Notes under the pieces: model-generated
What the model was told of the DNA's origin: nothing
Database searches by the model: none
Seen by the model: the letters and a program-made list of their open reading frames with translations, nothing else
NCBI RefSeq assembly: GCF_009834535.1
Contig: NC_045696.1
Location: forward strand, 58,716,001-58,780,000
DNA: 64,000 bases
From: Camelus ferus
Taxonomy: Eukaryota
Direction of reading: 5' to 3'
Program-made: the position numbers and the translations under genes
Shown: piece by piece, positions 13,084-25,968 of the stretch
Position numbering within the stretch: the stretch's first letter is position 1
How the letters are laid out: every line of letters begins with the position of its first letter

Positions 13084-15387
13084 ACCCCAAGGGCAGGAGC
13101 TGCTGAAGGTACTATTATTGTTCCTACTGAAAGAATAGTAACTATAAAAGAGCTGACCTTCGTGGGCTTACCATGTGCCACATACCATTATAAGCATGGA
13201 AAACAACACTAGCCAGAAGTCACTTTTATTATCTCCACTTGATGAGAAAGCTCAGACCCAGAGAGGCTAGGGAACTTCCCCAAGGTCACAGACTTCATGC
13301 ATGACAAAGCCAGGATTCGAACGCACCATAACAGCCCTGAGCTGTTGCACTATGATAATCATATTGTACAATGTAAGCATCTGTCAGTTCTGGGCAACAC
13401 AGTTATCATCTCACTAGGATACCTTGTCCTAAATCCAGAACCTGGGTGTGATCCACTCTGACCATCAGATTGAACCACGGAGAGAGTTCTCACAGGGCAA
13501 TTGCCCCCTGTACCCTGGCTCAAGTCACCACCTAAGAGAGGGAAGAGGCCTGTGGTGGGGCAATTCCTAGGTGAGAGGAGCTCTGAGTCGGGGAGTCGGG
13601 GGCAGGGGGCACACGAGACAAATGAAGCCCACTGCCTCCCTTTCTGGGACTGCCCCACCCACCCCCAGATGGGTACAAAACCACACTGTATCAAACCCAA
13701 CTGCTGTCTTACAGTGGAAGGGACTGACTGATTTGTCCTGAAGGCTTTTCAGTTAATAGGGGAAGGCTGTGGGAGAGAGCTGAGCCTGAAAACCCTGAAA
13801 CCTGCTGCCTTAAAGCCCCACGGCCGTCCCTGGTACACTAGCCACAGCCCCAGCCTGGAGCCAGGCCCTCAAGCCTCAGCCTTTTCCCTAATCGTGTGCG
13901 CTTGTCGATGTTGTTGCTGTTATTATTACTGTTGTAGTAATCATACTACTCCATGTTTCTTCCCCGGCTACTCCGGGGACAGCGCAGACATTAGCTCATA
14001 ATAATGCAGCCTTTACTGGGAGGCAGAAAACCGTGCAGGCACTGGGACTGCCAGCTTCCTCTCTGGCAGAAAGGGGCCCTCGAAGGGTTCTGCCCAGCTC
14101 CTAATATGGCCACACTCTCTCCCCTTCTCTCAGCAAAGTGGCACCAAAGCTGAGCCTACACTTAGATGAGCAGTTAAAGCAGCCAGAAGTTAAAGGGCAC
14201 GAGATTGTGGGAAAGCGAGGGCGGCACAGAGGCCAGAGGGACTAGACATCTCGTGGATTCACCTCCTCTCGTGGCCTGTCCATGGGATTTCCACGGGCAG
14301 TGTGGAAGGTCAGGGTATTTTACACAGATTAGTGCCCAGGGCTCCCAACAGCACTGTGGCCTGCAGAGCAACAGCCCCAAGCAGTCAGATGGGGACACTG
14401 AGAGGCAGCTGTGGTCACTCATCTAAGGTAACTGTACACAGGTAGATGGCAAATTAAACCACACAGCCCTGAGTCACAACAGCACATCAGGGGCAGTGAG
14501 CTCAACTCATGACCTGGGGGCTGCAACTCCCCTGCCCCCACCCCCACCAGAAGGCCCCGCCGGGAGGGCCCACCTCTCCCAGACCCTACTACGATGGCTT
14601 CCAGGCCTGGCGCACCAGCAGCAGGCTTGGTCCCCTTTCTCACTGAGGCCCTGCTCGTGCTGCTGGGACCCCTGACACTCCAGAAGAATTCACAGGCTGT
14701 GGCCATTCCAGGAGAGGGGTGAGCACACAAACTAATGAGATGGTCCCTTCTCAAGTAGGGGAGAAAGACTGACACAGATGTATCACAGTCTGACAGGAGC
14801 TGGTGCAACCTGGATGCGTAGAGCAGAGAGAATTTCCCAGCTGTCTCTCCCGGGAGAAGCGGCTGGGCTCACCTCGAGGACAAGGAGGTGATACTTCCCT
14901 GCACCTCACAGGGAGGGGACAGAGCAGTTACCGGGGCTGCCCTGGCCCTCAGCTCAGGAGCAGGTCACATCAGGCAGCAGCTCGAAGGCACTCAGCCCTG
15001 AGGCCACCAGGGCCACTCACCCAGCCCACCCAGCCCACACCCACACCTGCCTCCCAGACTCACGCCTGGGCTTATTAGCACAAACCTTTAGTGCTCAGCT
15101 GGCTCTCAGGCTTGTGAAGTCCTGACCCCCTCCCCCAGCTATAAAACCCATCCCTACCGCACCCCTGGGGAGAAGAGGAAGTGGAGGGAAGTTCCGGATT
15201 AAGGGGACAGAATTCTTGGCTCTGACTTCCCACAGGGAGGTGGGAAGTTTCTCTTCTTCTACATCCCTGGCTACAGCCGTGTGGCCTCCAGCATTCTACC
15301 CTCTTTCCAGACTTTCAAGGTGCAAGGACTAAGCACATTTGCATCCCACAGCCAGAAACTGGGTCCTGAGTCGGGGAAGATGGGTCC

Positions 15388-15605
15388 TGACCCCATCCTC
15401 AGGGAGCTCGCAGTCAGAAGGGGGAGGTAACATCTTCTGCCCTCAGAGAGTTTCCAATCTGGTGGGCACAGACTCAGCCCCTGCCCTCAGGGAGTTCCTA
15501 GTCTGGTGGGGGAGACATGATCCTTGTCCTCACGAGCTCCTAGTCTCAAAGGGAGAAATGCAGCTTGTGCGCTCAGCTCCCAGTCTGATGGAAGGGGCAG
15601 ACCCT
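15388..15605. repeat. Degenerate ~44 bp minisatellite, 5 copies
   Basis: Core (c/g)ctca-(gg)gag(c/t)tc-cagtc recurs at 15397, 15441, 15485, 15528 and 15571. Confidence 0.7.
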
Positions 15606-18600
15606 GAGGCTCTGAGAAGGGCTAGCATTGAGTCCCAAGGCAGAAGGACCCCCCAGAACAGAGACTCGCAGCTGGCAGTCCCTCTGCAGTAAGTATCCAG
15701 TCCTAGGAGTGCAGCGTCTTCCTGCGCAGAGAAAGGGGCCTCGGGGACGAGGAAGGTAGATGGCACATGCCCTAAGAAGGGAAGGGTAGGGCTGGCAAGC
15801 TGAGTGGGGGAAAACAGGGAGCCACCCTGGGACTCAGGGCAGCCTCCACTCCAGACCCTGATCCCCTCACTCACTGCCTCGGAGGTGGCAGAAGCATCAG
15901 TCCCAATTCTCATATGCGCAAACCAAGGCTGGGGGGAAGGGCACCAGGTGGCCTAAGGAAGCAGGAAGGTCCCCGCTGTTCATTCTATTCTCCCTTTGGG
16001 GCCATGCCGGCCTTTGGGAGCCCCGGTGTCAAGGCTGTGGAGAGGAGCGTGGCCGGGGCCCCAGCCTCAGGGCAGATGAGCTGGCGCTGAGGCAAGAAGA
16101 CTGCAAGCAAGTGTGGGGATTATCTCATGGTGCTCAAGTGTCCACACCGTGCACCCTTGCACCACACACATGCCCTGCACACAGGAGGGACTCACAGGTC
16201 TGTCTGCTCTGTGCTAGCAACCTGCCCTCAGAGGGAACAAGTGGTGGCAGGGGCCATGTGCTCGCTGCCCCTCAACTGAGGCCTGTTTCTCCTGATGCTC
16301 TTTGCTCTCAGACAGTGGGACCAAGGACTGTTCATCTCACGACCAGAGCCCAGGGCTGTCCCCACCAGGCTGGGAGCTCTCTGAAGGCAAGTTTCTCTCC
16401 TCTGGAAGATGGGGGTTTAGTGGGGTGGGGCAGATGTAGGAAGGAAGCAAGGGCTCTCCTGCATCCTAGCAAGGGGCCCTTAGTTCTCCCAGGCTCTCCT
16501 GCCGATTTCTCTGGAAAGATGGTTCAGGCAGGATCCGCAGTCCTTTCCCACATGGCCCCTTCCCAGGGCTGAACACCCCTGGGGCAAGAGAACTGGAACG
16601 GAGATGCCTTGGGGGTGGGGGGTGTTACAGAGGGATGATGAGCATGGGGAGCGCTGCCTCCCATCACCCCTACGGTCTTGCCTCCACCCTGACTCAGAGA
16701 GATCATCCTTTTGGTCATTTCCCCCTTTTCTATCCCACGTTCAGCTTGTTGGGTGCAGGCTGGCTTTTCTAATGGGCTCTGGGTTGAAGGGTATGAGGGG
16801 GTGTGTGTGTGTATGTGCATGTGTGCCCATCTGTCCTGGGGAGCAATAATAGTTAATAAATAAGTGAATGACAAAAATAGCCTCAAAGGAGCTGACAGGC
16901 AGAAGGCCAGAGTGGCCGGGCGTGGGGCCAACACCCTGAAATGCCAAATGTTAATTTATCCAAAAAAGAAAAAATGTCCATTTCAAAACCGGCTCCATTA
17001 GACAGGGTCAGGGGGTGTTGTGGTTTCTGGCTCTGGCATAGCCCCTCCCCACACGTCCCAAGTGCAGCCCAGGCACAGGGGGCCCCGGGCTCAGGGTGAG
17101 GGTAACAGCACGGGGGAGAAGGGGCCCAGTCAGGGACACACAAGGTTACGGACGGGCAGGAAGCCGGCAGGCCGCTTCCCAGCAGTCCTCCAACAGTCCA
17201 CCCAGCTGGCCAGCCCTGTGTCCAGTCCCAAAGGTCCAGCCAGCTGGGGGAATGTTCTGGATATCATCACAGTTCCTTGCCTTGGGCAAGGGCCCTAACG
17301 CACCTAGACGCTCACTTGGGGTGAGGGACTTGGCTCGATGTCCTGGTTGTCACTAGACCTCAGCTAGACCCTCACCTGACTTCTCTCAAGCCCTTCTCCA
17401 CAAGCCTGACCAGCTCAGCATTCTTCACCCTGAGGCCTCTGGTGTCCATGGATGGCTGCCTCCCTCTGGAGGATCTGTGCTGGCCACTTGGTGGCCACCA
17501 GCCAGAATAAGGGTGGGGCAGGGGTGGGGGGAAATCCATGACCCAGGATCTAGCCCTTCTTCCACTCAGCCTTCTTTTTTGGATGTAATACAATGTTTTC
17601 TACTCTGTTTACTGCCATCCAAACACACAGGTTCTCAAGAGAAACACTAGGCTCTTCTGTAATGTGTGGGAATTTAAAAGCTTATGCTCAACAAGGACAG
17701 ACCCCAGGTTGTTTATGGAGGGCGATTTCCTTGGCAGTCCCCTCCTAAATGCTCTGCACACATCACTGCCTGGAACGGTCAACACAGCCCTCAGGGGCAG
17801 CGATTCTTGTTATAACCCATTTTGTGGAGTACACTTAGGCTCAGAAAAGGCAAGAAGCCTGCCAAGGAGAAACAGCTGGGACATAGCAGAGATGAGATTT
17901 GAACTGTGTGGGCACAGAGAACACAGCCATGAGGGGGTGGAGTCCCTGCCGGGGGAAGCCACACTCTAACAAGGGAGGGGGAGCGGGTAAGCAGGGAACA
18001 TGGGGTTAAATGCGCACTTTGTCAAGTGGTGCTTGAGAAGGGACAGTGTGTGGAGGGTGGCAAACTGGGTCTGCAGGATCACTAGGAGCTCTGCTGGGGG
18101 TCAAGGTGGCCAGGATGCCAGGGTCCCAGAGAAGGATGAAGTTCTCAGAAACTTGACATCTCTAGGCACCAGGCAGAGGGCTGGCTGAGGTGGGGGTTCC
18201 CAGGCTCTAGAGCAAGAAGGAGCTAGAGGGCTGAATGTTTGGGTGTTTAACACCTAGGTAAAGGTGGGAATTCGAGGGAAGAAGGCTGACATGGGATATT
18301 TAAAGCCCAAGAAAAGGTAAGGAGGGTCCCTGGGGAAGAGGTGTAAGCGCCCGTCTGTCCGCTGGACTTGGGAGGTCAGAGCCCAGACGTGGAGCCAGGC
18401 TGTCCAGTTTATGATGTGAGCTTGGGCAAGCACCTAACCGGCCAGGCTCAGTGTCCTCATCTATAAAATGAGGGTGACAACAGCAGTGCTTACCTCATAG
18501 GGTTGTTGTGGGGATTCAGTAAGTTAACAGAACAAAACAATGCGCTTAGAGCAGAGGTGGGCACACAGAAGGCACAAGGCACGAGTCTGCTCTTGAGGGC

Positions 18601-20790
18601 GGGGTCTGCAGCGTATTCATCTTGGTTTCCCAGGACCCAACACACGGTAGATATTTGTTTAACAATTCAGTCCAACAAACATCTAACACCAGTACCTAGT
18701 CAAAGGGGAACTGACGTGACAAAAACAAAGCCAATTTAGGGACGACGATGAATTTTGTTTTGGGATATGATAGGTTCCAAAGAGCTGGAGAGACACTGGC
18801 CAGGAAGCTCAATGGACAAGGACCCATGACCAAGGTTAAGGCGGGAAAGAAATGTCTGAGGACCGCGCACGGCCTGGCTGTGTGACTCTCAAGTGAAGTC
18901 CTTTCTTATTTGGTCCCAGTGCCCCGATTAATGTACACAGCGGTCTCTCCCAGATCACTTCCTAGCTCCTGCCCTCCAGGTTAGAGTCTCTCCCTGGTCC
19001 TCTCTCCCTTGCCTTCTCCCAAAAGCCTCCTCCAGCTCTGCCCACTGAGAACCACCCGGCACAGGCCAAGCAGAAAGGCCCCTCCTGCCCTCAGTCTAAG
19101 CATCTCATTCTGCCTTCCCCAGCCACCTTGTGGTGAAGTCAACACAGAAACCTCTGCCTCTGTGGGGGGCCTGGCACCCCCCCAGGCCCCATCACTTCAG
19201 AGAAGTGAGACTCTGTCAGCCTCAACCCTTTCTCCACCTAGGGAGGCACTGCAGAGTGGAACTGTGTCCCTGGGGCACCTGCCTCAAATCTGGGGGGTGC
19301 CTACTTAAGATGCAGGTTCCTGGGTCCACCTTAGACTTACTGGATCAGACTCCCTTGACAAAAGGGCACAGGAATTGAACTTTCAAACAGACTTTGTGGG
19401 GAATTCTTGCACACACTGGTTTGGGAGCTGCCGGCGTACCAGCTGTGAGTATGAGCTCTGAGCCCCTCTGAGCCCCTCTCACCCCCTGAAAGTACAACTT
19501 TACCCGAGTCTCTTCCTTTCAGGGCCTCAGTTTTCTCATCTATAAAATATTCTCCTTAAAAAAGCAGTACCGACCTAATGGGAGATTACGAGGGTCAATT
19601 AAGTTAACAAGTGCTCGGCATTGTGCCGGGCACACAGTAAGTGAGTGATAACTGGCAGGAATTGGCAAGATTGTCTTATCTTTAAGTTGGGCATCTCAGA
19701 AAGGCAGGAGGTTTCCATCAGATGGAATATTCTCCCTGGGGAAGAACAAAGCCCCTCTTGCCTCCCTATGCCCAGGGCCCCAGGGCTTCATCAGGACAAT
19801 GGCAAAGGCTGAATGGAAAAGAAACAGAGATGCTGTTCCCAAAGGATGGCCCACCCCATGCCAGGCCGGCTATCAGGACACCTCCAAGTCCAGAGGAGTC
19901 CCCAGAGGAAAGGAAGGAGGACACCCCCTCCCCAGTGAGTGCCTGTGCTCAGCTCCTCCCCAGCCGTGGATGGAGGCACGATAAGAACCCTCTTCTCCCC
20001 AGAGCAGAACCCCAAGAAGGCACCTGGCCCCACCCACTCCCACCTCCCAGTCAGGTAGCTTCCCCAGGCTTTTCTACTCTGGGGGCCTGGGGATGCCAGA
20101 GTTCACATAAACATGGAGAGAAGTATCTCTGAGACTACCTGATACCCATTCCCTGGAAGCTGGACGACAGGGAAGGAGCAAGTGAGAGAAGTCAGTGTGT
20201 CATGTGCCACCTGTGTGTGGCCAGGCCAGCGGCTTCTTGGCTTCTGGGAAACCCAGGGCTCTGTGTTTCTGTGCTCTTTACTGGGGAAGAGAAGGCCCCA
20301 CCCCAAAGCCACACCCAACTGCCACAGGTCCTCTGAGCTCACCTGTCCACAGCTACTGTCCCACTCTCTCGGAGGTGGCCCTCTTAGTTTAATTACAGCT
20401 GGGGGTGTGAAGACCCAGCGGGGGTCTCAGAGTCGGCAGCTCAGCCTGCAGAGACTAAATCCCCACACATCACGCCAGGGCCAGCCTCAGCCCTTCTCCC
20501 CCACCTCTCAGCCAAGTCTGCAGGTGGGAACCCCTTCTGCCACCTCTCCCAGCGCCTCCTTCTTTCTCCCACCCCCTCACAGCACAGAGGCTGCAGCGTC
20601 TGCCCTGAGACCCTCTTCCTGCTCCACAGCGGAACCCAGAGATGACCCTAGGGGAAGTGTGATGGGGCAGTCCATATCTTTTCATTCCCTTAACAGAAAT
20701 CAGGTCTGTTCTTTAAATCGAGGCTTCAGGTGATTTTCCTTTGACTTCTAGAAGATACAGAGTAAAATTAAAGAAAAGACTGAAGGGGTG

Positions 20791-20890
20791 TGGGGGGGTG
20801 TAGCTCGGTGGCAGAGCGTGTGCTTGGCATGCACAAGGTCATGGGTTCAATCCCCAGTACCTTCATGAAAAAAGAAAAAAAGAAAAAAAA
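20791..20890 (+). mobile_element. tRNA-Ala-derived SINE (Vic-1-like), short form
   Basis: gggggggtgtagctcggtggcagagcgtgtgcttggcatgcacaaggtcatgggttcaatcccc plus an A tail; degenerate TSD aaaag(a/g)ctg(a/c)agggg. Confidence 0.85.
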
Positions 20891-23800
20891 AAGGCTGCAG
20901 GGGAATGCAAGCTGGAACCAGTCTTATAGTCCTGGACATGACAGGGAACGGTCTCACCTGGGTGACATCGCCAGGGGCTGCTCTCTGACACCCAGGAAAA
21001 GATCAGAGGGTGCCACCACTTCAGATCCAGCAGGAGTTCTCTATAGACCTGTTTGCCAGTGAAATCACCCCAGAGGCCTCCGAGGGAGAGGATTTAAATC
21101 AGCCCCACAGACATCAGGTGGGAAAGAAGCAGAGGCAAGCAACACCCCACCCAGGGAAGATGTCAAATGGTGACTAACTGGCTTTTCTAGGCCATTGTCG
21201 CCAATGCCGGAGAAATATTCCACTTTAAAAATAAATGTAAAGCGAAATCCAAAATTAGCTCTCCCCAGATAACCCCTTTCCAAAAAAGATCACACCGTAA
21301 TCCACATGTGGCCATTTGTGGAGGATTTAACCCAAGGACGTTTCCCTGTCCTGGATAGGCATGCTTCCCAGGCCTCCACCCTACACATCTGGCACCTTTC
21401 AATCCTCCCAGTCCTCAGATGGACCCCAGTTTCATGTGCTTCTCTCAGTCCTCCTGGAGCACGAGTGCGGCAGCAGGATCTTTGTACTTCTTGACAAAGG
21501 TGCTAGGAAAGACGCAGCTTCAAAGTGCACAGGAAGGAAATTTTCTCAGGGTGCAAGCCCCATCTCTCCATCACCCTGCACATCACTTTTCTTTACTCTC
21601 TTAGTCTTTGCCACACACACTGATCACAATACAGACAGGTGGGGCATCACTAACCATATAATTCCCTATGTATTTCATGAGCTTAAGAGTCGAAGAAAAA
21701 GTAATGGTGGTATTAGCGCTAGACTAACATTGCTATTTACCTGCTGTGTAACTCTGAGCAAAGTCATCCATTTAACAAATATTTATTGAGCATATACTAC
21801 AAACACTCTAGTTGGAGGGAAACTCACGAAGATTAACGTACAATTTCTCCCATCCAAAAGGGAAATATTACGTAAAAAAGAGAGAAAGGAAGAGTTAACA
21901 CCGATCAATAGGCATTTGTTTGTAGCTAACAGGCCATCAGGAATGCTGAGTGAGATCTGTGGCTCTGCTAAGGTGGCCCCGCCGAGCACATGGTGTGGCA
22001 GTCATTTTCTGTAACACTCTTGTAGTCATTATAGCCCTGCACTAAGCCGTTTATCGAGCCACATTTGGGGCTAATTGCTGGTGATAAGAGCAACATAAAT
22101 ATACCAAGCACCAGCCTGGCCTGACAAGATTTTATACACCAACCACCAACCACGTTTTCTTCCCCTATTACACGCCTGCAATAATTTTTAGTGGCCATCA
22201 CTCTTTAATGAATCACCACGATAAACCCTTTCGATATAAACAACTTGCCTTTCAATAGAGCCATAAATCAGACTCTGCATCATCCACGTAATCCCTCTGC
22301 TGGTGAAGAGAGGCTCAGGGCAGTCGTTCTCAACCTCAGCACACAGGAGCGTCACCAGGAGCATTCCAAAATGCTGATGCCCAGGCCCACCCCAGATGAG
22401 CCTGGATACCGGGGTTATGTAGAGACTCCTAGATATGCCTTCACTTCCTCCATCGTAAGCACTGTTGGATTACTGGGGGTTAACCCACCCAGAAAGCTTA
22501 AGTCTCAGACCCCTGGGCATTTGAGGTGAAATACAGAGCTGACACAGACACTATAATCCAGGAGAATCAACTATAAGGAAGTATACAATGCACTGTGAGA
22601 ACTGTTTCATGGGATTGCTTTGAAAAGAATGAAGTATACTGTACCACAATAAAGGTGTTTAAAAAATAAAAGTATACTGTTTGGAATCTGTGTAATTAAC
22701 CCTGCTCATATTTATTGTCCTTACAGTTTAACTTGCCTCCTGGCGAGTCCTGAGGCCTTTCCCCCACCTTACAGCTGGAAAGACAGAAGTGGGAGGACTC
22801 AGGGAGCAGGAAAAGATACCAGAAGAAAGCTGAGAAGAGACGGGACCAAGGATGGGGTGGGAGGCAAATCAGGACAAGAGGGGCCCTGCCTGACATCACC
22901 TGACAGACCAGTAGGACACTCAAGAGAGGGAGGGCAAAGATGGAAAGCAGTTTTTTCTAAGACCAAGCCCCCAGGCACAGAGCCCCCTGCCGGTGGTCCA
23001 GGGAGGGCGCACCATGAGGAACCCCTCTCTGCCAAGAGTCAGCATCCCTTGTGGAACCAGAGAATGGAGACTGTCTGCCTTCTTCCCACAGTACTGGCAG
23101 GGGGGGTCCGCAAGGCAGGAGCACTCAGTCAAAATAGCTGAGTATTAAAACAGACAAGGCCCCTGTCCTCAGAGAACTAACTGTCACATAGAAAGAGGGA
23201 TACAAACCAGCATGAGTGCCACAGAGAAAAAGAAGAGGTTGTTTCAGAGTAACTCAGATGTCAGATGCAGGGTGTCAGCTGTTGCAGAGGCAGGACCCCT
23301 CTCCCTCAGCGGGGAGGGGCACGAGCCTGCCCTGCTCACCAGGGATCCAGCTCTGGCCCGTCTCCCTCAGCAACCTCTGCAGCTGAGATGCCAGGGCACT
23401 TCGGAGCTGGTGTTACCCCCCGGGAGCCAGTCATGGGGTGGATGGGTCCCTCCCAGGCAGTATGGTGAAGTGCTTACAGGAAAAAGGACTTGGCCAGAGG
23501 AAGACTGGAGACTTGGGCATGTTATGTGAACAAATAGCTTTCCTGTCCCCAAAAGAAACTGTGAAAATAAAATCTTGAAAATCCACTTGAAAAAGAATGG
23601 CACTTGGGCAGGAGTTACATTTTCCTTTAGTTTTCTTGAGAAGAGTGACAAGGATAGAAGGGGATTTGAAGCAGGATGCTTGGGGTACTTTTTATGATGT
23701 TGATGGTTGTGGGGAGCTGGGCTTTAAAGACATCCTGGAAACACATGAGAAAGTGCTAAACTGCACATCTACTAGATGCAACTCTGCAGAAAGACCCCGG

Positions 23801-24736
23801 GCCTGACCTCCAAGAAGCAATCCTGATGTGTCCCCAGCTGCCTCCTCCCTTCCCACCCGTTCCACCTGCGTCACCAGAAGCCTGGATATGAGGTGGCCTC
23901 ACGCCCAGACCTGAGCTATCCCGGTGTCACATCTAACCCGGCTCCTGGGTCTCAGTCCCTACTCACCCATCCATAAGACCACTCAGGGGCTCTTCACAGG
24001 TAAACATCTGATCCCCGGTGCCCCAGGAACACGTCAGTACCGCTTTCTCTCACAGCATCACTGCAGGCTCAGGAAATGACAAATCATTTAATGCCCATCT
24101 GAGCCAGACACCATGCAGGAAGGAAGGCCATTGCAAATAAGAAACCACACCTTCCACAACCAACCAAGAAACTGCTTGAGGGCAGCGGGGCCTTCTCTGG
24201 TGGGCTCTGGGCTGGGTCCAAATGTGAAAAGAGCACTGGATTTGGAGTCCGAGATCTGGATTTGTATAGCAACTCCTCTAAGTTAACTAACTAGCTGTGT
24301 GACCCGAATGAGGTCACTCAACCTCTCTGAACCCCTACCTCCTCTTCAACATAATATCAGCAACACAGGCCTATAACTATGAGCGCCCTCACATGCCCTG
24401 CCTTGTCTGGGCACCCACAGCAGATCCTGTGAGTCAGGAATTTATTATCCTCAGTTTACAGAGTGGGAACTGACTGAGTGAGGGGAAGGCAACTCAGTCA
24501 GGGTTATATCACCAGGGATTTCTTCTGAGCCCCTGGGCCCCAAAGCCAACATCTGCATCTTCTTAACTCATCAGCTCCTCAGAACCGTCATGAGAAGCAA
24601 ATACGATCAAACAGGGTAAAGTGCTTTGTCATCTATAAAATGCTAATCAAATGTCAAAGTATTTGAATCTTTTGACTGATATGTAAACCATTGTCTAGTG
24701 GACAGAATGTCACGCATTTTTCAGAACCAGAAATTT

Positions 24737-24741
<5 letters not shown>

Positions 24742-24810
<69 letters not shown>

Positions 24811-24845
24811 TATATAATATAATATTATATTATATATATATATAT
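24742..24845. repeat. (TA)n microsatellite, ~30 perfect units plus a degenerate extension
   Basis: Seen directly. Confidence 0.95.
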
Positions 24846-25061
24846 TGTTTTTTAAAATCTCACATCATTCCACTAGTCCAGAAACCACTTCTGCTGTGGA
24901 CAAACACATGTTATCAGAATAGGAGTGAGAGGCCAGGCAGGACTAGGGTTCTGAGTCTGCCATAGGGTTCTGCACCTGATCCATGTTTGCCTCAGTAAGT
25001 GGCCACTCCCCTCCCCAGTGTCAAACCTGGGTTAGAATCCTCAGTGTTCCTCCATCTCTCA

Positions 25062-25968
25062 ATTGGGTTTCCACTAGAAAAAGATCCTGAGGCAAGGATT
25101 TGAAAGAAGTGGTTTTACCTTGGAGGAGAAAGAGAGAAAGGAAGGAAAAGAAGGAAGGAAGGAAGGAACGAAAGGAGGACGGAAGGGAGGGAGGAGGGGG
25201 AGGAGTCACAAACATAACCTAAAGACCAAAGATACCCCCCCAGAAAGAAAGACCTAGCCCGCCTCCCCGACGCAAAGAACTCACAGAAAGCTGAACTTCC
25301 CCAAACTCGTCCCCCCCCCCCCCCACTCCCCCCCCCCCCTCCCTCCCCCACCCCCCCCCCCTCCCCCCTCCTTCCTTCCTTCCTCCCTCCCCTCCCTCCT
25401 CCCTCCCTCCCTCCCTCCCCTCCTTCCTCCTCCTCCGTCCTTCCTCTTCCTCCCTCCCCCCCCCCCCCCCCCCCCCTCCTCCTCCCTCCCCCTTCTTCCT
25501 TCCTTCCCTCCCTCCTCCCTCCCCTCCAAGAACCTCCTTCCCCCCACCCCCTTCCTTCTCCTCCTTTCTCCCTCCGAAAGAAAGGCGAAGGGGAGAGAGG
25601 GAGGGAGAAAGAAAGAAAGGAGAAAGGAATGTTTTCAAGCCTGTTACGACCGTGGGACTGTGGACAACCAGGGCAGAATCCTTCTGCAAGTCTGGGAGCC
25701 AACACAGCAAGCTTGTCTTAAAGTTATATTCCTCCTATGCCAGGGCCAAGGGAGCAGGGGTATTTATCCACCAACACCCAACAGTCATTGGTTGAGGGCT
25801 GCTTTGGGGATGGTAACTCCCTCCCTAGCACTTCTGACCTGCCTCACAAGCAGGCAGAGAGGCTCAGGGCCAGAGAAAGCCCTCAGGTGCTGACAGCTGG
25901 CAGTCTGGCTGGCAAAAGCGGAAAGGTACATGCCCAGGGAATATGGGCAGGCACTGAACCATCTGCTA
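25062..25968 (-). mobile_element. Old ERVL-type LTR (LTR67/LTR16-group-like) split by a simple-sequence block at 25122-25629
   Basis: Left part: gatcctgaggcaaggatttga..agtggtttt..tggagg. Right part: ggggtatttatccaccaac, cagtcattggttgagggctgc, gccagagaaagccctcagg, atatgggcaggcac. These match consecutive parts of one recalled consensus. Confidence 0.55.
25122..25629. repeat. Polypurine / polypyrimidine / polypurine low-complexity block
   Basis: GA-rich 25122-25205, CT-rich with long C runs 25310-25575, GA-rich 25576-25629. Confidence 0.9.

Noticed and set aside
15388..15605. CRISPR-like repeat/spacer array (also 63378-63478)
   Set aside because: Mammalian DNA, degenerate tandem units without unique spacers, and no cas genes.
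20791..20866. tRNA-Ala genes (this and the four similar heads)
   Set aside because: Stem mismatches, A-rich tails instead of a T-run terminator, and TSDs mark them as SINEs.
25115..25710. Gly/Glu/Arg-rich ORFs
   Set aside because: Translations of the low-complexity tract.
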